Program-made: the position numbers and the translations under genes | Source: Nitrososphaeria archaeon | GTDB lineage: Archaea > Thermoproteota > Nitrososphaeria > JACIWG01 | Assembly: GCA_963752255.1 (NCBI GenBank) | Contig: CAVVXT010000004.1 | Location: 1-36,062, forward strand | Reading direction: 5' to 3' | Length of the DNA: 36,062 nucleotides | Notes under the pieces: model-generated | Told to the model about the DNA's origin: nothing | Database searches by the model: none | Seen by the model: the letters and a program-made list of their open reading frames with translations, nothing else | Part shown: in pieces, positions 28,786-36,062 of the stretch | Numbering within the stretch: position 1 is the stretch's first letter | Layout of the letters: every line of letters starts with the position of its first letter

Positions 28786-29220
28786 ATGACGTTTTGGGGA
28801 GAAAAGCCCTTAAAAAAGCGAAGAACGAAAAAGCGCAGAGGTGAAACTGCATACAGAAAGGGCAAAATTGGAGAGACAAAAGCGTCTAGTTTCCTAAGAA
28901 GGCGAGGCTACACCCCTCTTGTAGACGGCCGCTTGAGAACCAGAGCTGGTGAGTTTGACCTCATAATGCGCTCTCCGCAGGGGAGGAAAGTTGCAGTTGA
29001 GGTGAAGAATCTATCCATTGCCGTTCAATCTACCAGCGTTGAAAAATTTGGGAAGAAAGTTGAACAGGAGAAAAAGCATGGTATGGTAAGCAGCGGCGTC
29101 ATGGTCTCAAAGAGCGGTTATTCTACCAATGCAAAGAAGGAGGCCAAGGAATACCACATCAAATTGATTAAATACACCCCCCCTAAGAAGAGGAAAGGTC
29201 GTTCATTTTTCGGTTTATGA
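28786..29220 (+). CDS. Small PD-(D/E)xK restriction-endonuclease-like protein (Mrr_cat / YraN-like)
   Basis: KG..GE..ASSFLRRRGY, GEFDLI, VAVEVKN, GVMVSKSGYS..A. ATG 28786 (GTG 28741 possible). Confidence 0.82.
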   Translation: MTFWGEKPLKKRRTKKRRGETAYRKGKIGETKASSFLRRRGYTPLVDGRLRTRAGEFDLIMRSPQGRKVAVEVKNLSIAVQSTSVEKFGKKVEQEKKHGMVSSGVMVSKSGYSTNAKKEAKEYHIKLIKYTPPKKRKGRSFFGL

Positions 29221-29599
29221 TAATAGTTCAAAACTACTCCGGGTGAGCTCCATTACATCATGACAAAGGAGCTTTCGGTACTCGTGGAGGTTCGTCCTAG
29301 CAGGACCGCGTATTCAGCGGAAGAATACAAACCCTTCATGGATAAGGTCTTGGGTTTGACAGAGAAAGGACCTAGATCATCAAATTGAGTTTAATAATTC
29401 TTTGTAATCTCTCTTTATTCTAATTTAGATGCGGAAGATGCTCCGGCCGAGCTTAAAAACCCTGCGGTTAGGTTCCCTCGTTTGTCTAAACTTTGTAAAG
29501 CCACAAGGAAATTCCACACTGGCGTACGACATGGTAAAAGGTCAAAAATAAATATATTTATTCACTTTATTTCTATTTTCATCTAAAGTTGACCTGCAA

Positions 29600-30114
29600 T
29601 TTATAATTATGATACCATTACTCATATCCTCTTTTCTTCCAGGGTTAACAAATAGAATAGCTAAGAGACCTGATATTAAGTCATCCGATAGGTTGGCAGC
29701 AGACCTTTTATCTAGTAGGTTATAAACTTCCAATGATAGATAATGAACAAAAACTTAAGAAGGAAACTTCTGATCAAATTCAGAAAACAATCAGATACAT
29801 TGATTATCAACTTCCCAATCTTAAGGATAAGGACCTTGTTTTTGGCATCGCAATTGAAGTGCTCAATAAAATAAAAGATACATTATATAGAATCAATAGT
29901 TTGTATGTGAATCCAACAAATGACGACCTACTTCGTAAGTACTGGAGCAAATATCTTGGTCTTAGCAAGTAACATTCACCAATTACAAAACATAAACGAT
30001 GTAGGTGTCAGTACAACGATTGGGACAATTCTGGCAAATCTGCAAAGCGTTAGACCACGTATGTTTCCTTCAAAAACTGCTTCTCTTAGTAACAGGATTT
30101 TTAGTATACCCTAG
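29600..30114 (+). pseudogene. Degraded hypothetical gene in several frames
   Basis: LIPLLISSFLPGLTNRIAKRPD leads by a shift into 29733-29972, which overlaps 29920-30114. No family recognised; start approximate. Confidence 0.35.
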
Positions 30115-30807
30115 TATGGAACTATGTTAGGTGAACTATTAAGCAATACTGTCTAAAGACAATTTGGATCATAGGAACCTACTTTCATCAGCTCTTTGAA
30201 ACCTATCCCTTTCTGTTCTTCGGAGGCATAAAAAGGGCTGGGAAAACTAAGTCATTACGTTTCATAGAATTGCTGTCCTTTAATGGCGTTAACAGTCTAA
30301 GCATATCTGAGTCAGCGCTTTTCAGATTATGTCAAGGTTCATCGGCCACTTTAATAATAGATGAGAACCGGCAGGCCCGCTATTTGCTTCTGCTCTTGGT
30401 GTTGATTTGATCTAACATTCTTAGATAATTTGGCAATTCAAGAAGGCTTGCCTAGAACAAAAGCATTCTATTCAGAGAAACGTCTCTGTAAAGTATTAAT
30501 ATCATACGTATGTAAAAAGAAATATGACAGGTCCCTCACAAGGGCATATTACAAGAGAGGTCTATGAAGCAAGCAGAAAACTTATCAAAGAAGGACTTGG
30601 CAAAATCGTAATTGATATGTCAAATAGCTTCTTTATTTGATCTATGGCTCTAGCAATAGTTGTTATAGTTGCTGTTATTGCTGTTATTGACTATTGCTCA
30701 TCTTATTAGATCGTACTACTATTATTTTGTTGTAATATTTCTTTGGATTTGAACCTATTTGGGTATGAAGCCCACCGGTTCCAATCCTACATATATGAGT
30801 CAAGGAG

Positions 30808-31119
30808 TCAGTAGACATCCTTCTCTTCCACATCTACCTCGAACTCTCTTTCATTTCTGATTTCCTCCCCTAGTTCTCTTAACCACGACGTTGATCTAAC
30901 GGGGATGCCATAGGCTTCTCTTGAAAAACCAAATGTTGAAAGAACTGTCTCAGCTGCATCCAATAACATGTCACGATACCTTTCTTTGTCAATGTCTAGG
31001 AAGATAGGGAGAACCACGTATTTCCCTCGGATCAGCTTCGGAAGCAGGGTCTCGCTACCGTCCGACGCCTTAACCTTCAGCCTTTCAGGCGGCTTCTCCC
31101 CAGATGTCCTTTGCGACAA
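30808..31119 (-). pseudogene. C-terminal relic of an archaeal family-B DNA polymerase (PolB2-like)
   Basis: DKERYRDMLLDAAETVLSTFGFSREAYG...W..EL.EE resembles the extreme C-terminus of PolB2-like proteins; no palm motifs upstream. Confidence 0.55.
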
Positions 31120-31213
31120 GCATCAATCCATCTGCATTATTGAATATATCGCCTAAACTAGGATTCAACCTCAATAGGCGCTCTTCAAGTATCGTTCAAC
31201 AAAGTTCTCTTGA

Positions 31214-31663
31214 TTAACAGTTTGCTTCCAGCGTTATCCGAACTGTTTCGATTCCTTGGGCTCTGATTCTTTTTCCAATGCTGGCCATCTTTTCCACGTC
31301 GTCTATCTTCGCGCAGATATTGACTTCCGTGGTTTCATCGACGGATTTTCTCGCTCTTCCTTTACCATAGAAGATGCAGAAGGGCACAACTCCTTTCCTT
31401 GGGAGATGACGCTGGACAAGCGTGGAAATGAGTCCGACCTCTCCGCCCTTCATTTCGTTGGCTTCGTTTTCAACTTCTAGCTCAGAAGAGATGGGATATG
31501 AATCGCTGAAGACCTCTGCCCCAGCCCACTGGGCGTGGATCAGTTTGAGTTCGACAGGTAGCGGTGCCAAGAAAGCTTTGCAGGTTTTCGGGGCTTTGTC
31601 TTCGAGCAATGTAGCTTTCACTTCACCACCGCGTTCGAATTTGAGCAATATATGCTTAGACAT
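31214..31663 (-). CDS. DUF3830 / cyclophilin-like fold protein
   Basis: ATLLEDKAPKTCKAFL..LP....IHAQWAGAEVF, CIFYG. Confidence 0.8.
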   Translation of the reverse strand: MSKHILLKFERGGEVKATLLEDKAPKTCKAFLAPLPVELKLIHAQWAGAEVFSDSYPISSELEVENEANEMKGGEVGLISTLVQRHLPRKGVVPFCIFYGKGRARKSVDETTEVNICAKIDDVEKMASIGKRIRAQGIETVRITLEANC

Positions 31664-31999
31664 TTCGTGCATAAAACTTAATAATTTATCGCAGCTTATA
31701 AACCTTTATGCGTTGAAGATTAGCCTAGTCAAATGCACTACAAGCGTGACCCGATTAGACCATTTGACAGATGGCGAGATGCTGAAGAAACTTCTGATAA
31801 TAGATGCTCGTGTACAGTTCCCTAGGCGCCTAGCTGCATCGGTTTCCGCGTGAATGGTTGGCCCAGTGTCTTGATGGCCAGATTGTACGACAATGACTAT
31901 TTCATTGAACGGTTCGTCTCGAATAGAGTGCGCGGGGTTCAGTGCTGAGCACAAGCACCAAGAACCTCAAGGTAGGCAACATTACCGCGTGGTCGCCTC

Positions 32000-32205
32000 T
32001 TGCGTAGAGTCGCTGTATTAGGATGTGGAAACGGTGGCTAAACGTGCGCCGCCGACCAGGCGCTGGAAGGTTTCGAAGTAAATCTGTACGAACTCCAGGG
32101 ATTCAAAGAGAAGATTGAGCCTATCGTCAAGGAGGGGGAATACACATCTCAGTCGTCGCTCGAAATGGGTTTTTCAGCTTACTGCTGTCACAACCGACAT
32201 CAGGC
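32000..32205 (+). pseudogene. N-terminal relic of an NAD/NADP-dependent opine (octopine/nopaline) dehydrogenase
   Basis: LRRVAVLGCGNGG*TCAADQALEGFEVNLYELQGFKEKIEPIVKEG (TAA 32039-32041), then by shifts GIHIS..ARNGF and LTAVTTDI. Absent from the ORF track. Confidence 0.72.
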
Positions 32206-32233
32206 CCCTATGTAGCAAGATACTCGCTCAAGC

Positions 32234-33076
32234 TCAGGATACGACCAAGCCGAAGCTTAATCCCCTCACGAGGTATTTCCGAATCACAATCACTATTATA
32301 AGGGACGGAATGATATAGCCCGTTACGCCTGCAGCGGCCCACGACCACCACTCGAGTCTCTGCGCTACGAAGTAATTGGTTATCCCAGGCGGCATTGTTA
32401 CGGCATTTGTAGAGGTTAGAATGAAGGCGAAGAGAAACTCGTTCCACCCCCAGAGGAAAACTAGGAAAAACGTTGCAGCTAGTCCTCCGGTGATGTTCGG
32501 TAGAAGGACGCTCCATAGTGCTCTCAATCGCGAGCAACCGTCCACCATAGCGGCTTCGTCTATGTGTTGTGGCAGAGTCTCAAAGAAGCCTCTTAGCATC
32601 CAGATGGCGAAAGGAACTTGAAATGCGGCATAGATAGATATGAGCAACCCTTGGGTATCGTACACGTGCAGCGTAATTGAGATTACGTAGTACGGGATTG
32701 TCATCAGGATCTGGGGAAACATACGTACACTAAGCAATACTACTAACAGGGCCAGAGATACTTTGTTCACTCCCCACTTGACAAAACCGTAGGACGCCGG
32801 GACCGAAAGTATCAGCGTCAAAAGCGCGGACCCCAGCGATACAACTATGCTGTTGACCACGAAATAAGGGAACGGGCTGCCCCGGCCCCATACTACCATA
32901 TGGTTGGCTAGGGTTGGCGTAAAGAGCAGTTTTGGTGGGTTGGTAAAGGCGTCTATGGGCATCTTAAAGGACGTGGTGACTACCCACACTATCGGCGTGA
33001 GATAGACCGCGGCCGAGATAGTCAGAAATACGTACGAAAAGAGGACCGCGAGAGTCCGTCTTCCAAATTTGGGCAT
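32234..33076 (-). CDS. Carbohydrate ABC transporter permease (MalG-like)
   Basis: EAA loop IDEAAMVDGCS, WGWNEFLFA, six TM segments. Confidence 0.95.
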   Translation of the reverse strand: MPKFGRRTLAVLFSYVFLTISAAVYLTPIVWVVTTSFKMPIDAFTNPPKLLFTPTLANHMVVWGRGSPFPYFVVNSIVVSLGSALLTLILSVPASYGFVKWGVNKVSLALLVVLLSVRMFPQILMTIPYYVISITLHVYDTQGLLISIYAAFQVPFAIWMLRGFFETLPQHIDEAAMVDGCSRLRALWSVLLPNITGGLAATFFLVFLWGWNEFLFAFILTSTNAVTMPPGITNYFVAQRLEWWSWAAAGVTGYIIPSLIIVIVIRKYLVRGLSFGLVVS

Positions 33077-33085
33077 GTCCTCATC

Positions 33086-33997
33086 TCAACTCCTCAATTC
33101 TCTGCGATAGAGCGAAACCATGTAGAACACGACAAATCCCAATATCATGAGGGTAAATATGAGTGCTCCCGCTGATGCTGGACCCATCGACAAATATCTG
33201 AAAGCTTGTCTGTAAATGTACAAAGAAAGTGTTTCTGTTGAAAAAGCAGGACCACCAAATGTGAAACTCGCGATCTCGTCAAATATCCTGAGAGCGTCCA
33301 TCGTTCTGATAGCGAGCAAGAACAGGATGAGTGGTTTCATTATCGGGAGGATTACGTCCCAAAGTATCCGTACTCTACTCGCTCCGTCAATCATCGCGGC
33401 TTCGACCGGATCTCGTGGAACACTGTGCAGACCAGCATAGAATACCAAAGCCACGATAGGCGTTGTTTCCCATACATCTATGATAATCAAGGCGATAAGG
33501 GCGTTCGTACCATTTCCGAGCCAATCCAGCGGTCTTACCCCAACCCACCCTAGGAAGAAATTCACTAGGCCGTAGCCGTAGTCAAACATCCATTTTGCCA
33601 TTAGACCGATTATGACCCAAGCCAAGCCCATTGGCAGAAGAATGATCGTGAGGAAGATATCCCTGCCTCTTTTTATGGTATCGAGAGCGATAGCTGTCAA
33701 GAGGCCAAGAGGGAACTGTATGCTAAGCGAAGCGACTCCAAATTCAAGCGTAACGATTAGCGAGTGTATGAAGCCAGGATCTGTCAGGATCGTGAAGTAG
33801 TTGTTTAGACCGATGAAAGGGCCGCTGAGAGTGTGGATATCAAAATCCGTAAAAGAAATGGAGATTCCGTAGGCTATCGGGTACAGCGTAAGAATGGAGA
33901 GAAAAAGAATGCTGGGAAGTATCAGCAGTAAATTGCCTAGGAGTGCTCCTTTCCACCATGGGGCCTTAGCTGTAGCTGTAGTAGCCAGCTCCACCAC
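33086..33997 (-). CDS. Carbohydrate ABC transporter permease (MalF-like)
   Basis: FIGLNNY, DVWETTP, VEAAMIDGAS, TFGGP..STETL. Confidence 0.95.
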   Translation of the reverse strand: MVELATTATAKAPWWKGALLGNLLLILPSILFLSILTLYPIAYGISISFTDFDIHTLSGPFIGLNNYFTILTDPGFIHSLIVTLEFGVASLSIQFPLGLLTAIALDTIKRGRDIFLTIILLPMGLAWVIIGLMAKWMFDYGYGLVNFFLGWVGVRPLDWLGNGTNALIALIIIDVWETTPIVALVFYAGLHSVPRDPVEAAMIDGASRVRILWDVILPIMKPLILFLLAIRTMDALRIFDEIASFTFGGPAFSTETLSLYIYRQAFRYLSMGPASAGALIFTLMILGFVVFYMVSLYRRELRS

Positions 33998-34003
33998 TGG
34001 GCC

Positions 34004-35470
34004 TTAACTGTAGTAGCCAGCTTTGCTGAGGAGGTTATGTGTCCATGTCGCCAAGTCGTCGAGAGCTTGCTTGGATGTCTTCGCGCCAGTGACTGCGTTC
34101 GTGAGCTCTACCCTTTCTTGCTCGTGGAACGCGCCCACTTCCGGGAAGTGGTCGTCAAACGCGCCTTGCGCGAAGTTCGCCATGGCTGCGTTTACGTATC
34201 GGAACTTGGCCGCCGCCGCGTCCAAGGCGGATTTTCTCGAAACAAGGCCGTACTGGGAAACTTGCACCTGAACTTCGCTTCGGCTAGCCTCAAGTAGTAC
34301 TCTTATGGTCGTTTCTATATTATTCGAGAATTGGCTGATGAACCAGCAGTCAACTGATTGCCTTTGCCCGGCCCTTGTTGCTCCCGGCTCTTTAGGCAAC
34401 AGGTCGAAACCTATCTTGTTGACAACTTTCGAGGCCGATGCATCATCCATTCCTCCACAGCGCGTTGCCCAGTGTAGGCCTGTGGCGGTGACCCCTTGCT
34501 GAAACGCCACCATTTTTTCGTCGTTGCCTGCGGATAGCCAACCAGGTTGTGCGAGTTTGGAGAACTTAGTCAGCCAATCCAATGCTAGCACACCCTTGTC
34601 GTCGTTGAAGGTGGGGTTCCATGTGCTGTCGAAGAACTCTCCTCCACAGGCGTGGAGGAAATATCGGAACTCGCCGTCAGCTACATCCCAATCCTTAAAG
34701 GCCAGAGCTACTCCATACTGGTTCTTGTCAGGCAGATTAAGCTTCTGTGCTATTCCGTACCAATCTTCGATAGTCTTGGGAACTTGGAAGCCGTTCGTTT
34801 GGAACAGATCCGTACGATAGAAGTAGAGCTGAGTGTTCATCATGTACGGGAGTGCGTAGGTTTCGCCTCCGAACTTTACACCGTTCCAGACCCAGCTTGG
34901 AATATCGTCGAGACTGTACTCTGCTCCAATATTTTCCCAGTGTGCTGGTGAGATCTGCGCCCATCCAGCCTTCAAATATTCTGGAGACTACCATCAGAGC
35001 CCCCGAAGAAGTCGTAGGTTGCAGACTTCGTGGACAAAGCGATCCGCGTTTTGTCTACCATAGAGGGGTAGTCTGTCCCTTCTGGTATAACATTCGCGAA
35101 CGTCACGGCCTTCATTGCTGTTGCATAAATGCTCTGTTGGCGGAAGTTTCTCGTATATTCCTCGTATGGTGGCCTGCGGTGTTACAGTAGTTGAGGGAGT
35201 GATAGTAGTAGTTGTAGTTTTTGTAGTAGTAGCTGTTGTAGTAGTAGTAGCTGTTGTAGTAGTGGGAACTGTTGTTGCTGTCGTTAACGTAGTTGTAGTG
35301 GGAACTGTTGTTGCTGTCGTTAACGTAGTTGTAGTGGGAACTGTTGAAGTTATGGTCGTTGCCGGTCGGGTACCAAGGTAGACTGCCGCACCACCGACGA
35401 TGATAACTGCGGCGCCTAGACCAGCGTAGATAAACTTTCTTCTTTCCATCTTCTTAGGTTCTTGACTCAT
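34004..35470 (-). CDS. Sugar ABC transporter substrate-binding protein with Thr-rich stalk, multiply frameshifted between about 34920 and 35135
   Basis: MSQEPKKMERRKFIYAGLG (twin-Arg-like) plus TM helix and poly-Thr linker; C-terminal ORF has YALPY...FYRTDLF..PKT.ED, FQQG, AVTGAKTSKQALDD. Confidence 0.85.
35259..35346. repeat. Perfect 36-bp coding tandem repeat, about 2.4 copies (TTTTLTTATTVP)
   Basis: GTAGTGGGAACTGTTGTTGCTGTCGTTAACGTAGTT at 35259 and 35295, partial at 35331. Confidence 0.92.
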
Positions 35471-35615
35471 ATTGATTCGGTTTAATCTTAAAATGTGCTC
35501 ATATATAAAGTTGTAATTCATAGTTATAATTGAGTGTGATAATTATGTGGTTTAGCTTGATAACCTTTATAACGGCATTTTTCTCACCTGCTGCATAATA
35601 AAAAAGTGAAATGAG

Positions 35616-35791
35616 TTGGTGGACAGAGGCGTAGGAAGCATTTCTAGAAGAAAGGATGGAAAGTACTTCCTGTACCTTCCAAAGGACCTCGTAGAGGACA
35701 CAGGCTTCCCATTCCAGCTACGGTCATCGGTCAAGGTGAAGGTCTCCTTCACCAAAGAAAAAAGATAATAGTCGAAGGACTAAAGGACTGA
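35616..35791 (+). CDS. Small AbrB/MazE-like swapped-hairpin protein, apparent frameshift in the A-run near 35760
   Basis: MVDRGVGSISRRKDGKYFLYLPKDLVEDTGFPFQLRSSVKVKVSFTKEK; stops at 35766-35768 as written, or continues KIIVEGLKD* (TGA 35789-35791) after a one-base shift. Below the ORF-track cutoff. Confidence 0.6.
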
Positions 35792-36062
35792 AGTTCCCAA
35801 ACATTATACAACCCATAACGGTAAAATTCTCAGCAGCAAATCTTGGAAGAATGTTATATTTCTTTAACCCACAGACTTTTGGCTATTGACTAATTTGTCT
35901 AATCACCTTGACATGCATATTGTATATATTTTTCTATTAATTATATAATATTCTGTGAAATGGCAAAGAGTGGTTTCACAAATCTGCAATATAGAGATAT
36001 AAGAGATTTGCTGTATAAATATGAGCAATACGTACTAGTTGTTTAAGTGTATACATAACATT

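Noticed and set aside
28410-28865. ORFs 28410-28622 and 28644-28865 as genes
   Set aside because: No recognisable motifs, and the second overlaps the nuclease antisense. They cannot be supported.
30364-30380. ACCGGCAGGCCCG as the partner att of the 22234-22271 fragment
   Set aside because: Only about 6 contiguous bases match, there is no T arm and no adjacent intC.
35259-35346. 36-bp repeat as a CRISPR repeat
   Set aside because: The copies are head-to-tail with no spacers and lie in frame within a Thr-rich coding linker.

Overview
Archaeal genomic window, most likely from Bathyarchaeia or a related TACK lineage. This is inferred from frequent TTG/GTG starts, TATA-like promoters, a tandem DUF131 pair and archaeal-type ilv/leu proteins. 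It has four zones. (1) 1-7.4 kb: mixed metabolic genes (broken GH32 fructosidase, MFS, HAD, M48/DUF45, two DUF131, UroD-superfamily enzyme, alpha/beta hydrolase). (2) 7.7-20.3 kb: an essentially complete branched-chain amino-acid cluster (ilvE, cimA, ilvD, ilvB, ilvN, ilvC, leuC, leuD, leuB, leuA). (3) About 20.3-31.2 kb: an AT-rich, decaying accessory island. It holds an HTH/coiled-coil/Zn-ribbon gene with phased 21-bp upstream repeats, a tRNA 3'-half read through by a split-integrase-like N-terminal ORF, a stand-alone RarA/MgsA C-terminal-like gene, two Mrr-like nucleases, membrane proteins, an origin-like non-coding stretch and a PolB C-terminal relic. (4) 31.2-36 kb: DUF3830, an opine dehydrogenase relic, a sugar ABC transporter and a small AbrB-like gene. 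The best candidate for an undescribed system is in zone 3: two unrelated cargo blocks each bracketed by the same pair of non-coding motifs (A...cargo...B, A...cargo...B) next to the tRNA/att remnant. Many genes carry single-base frameshifts, including housekeeping leuC, so some pseudogene calls may be assembly errors. All family calls come from motif recognition by eye, not database searches.
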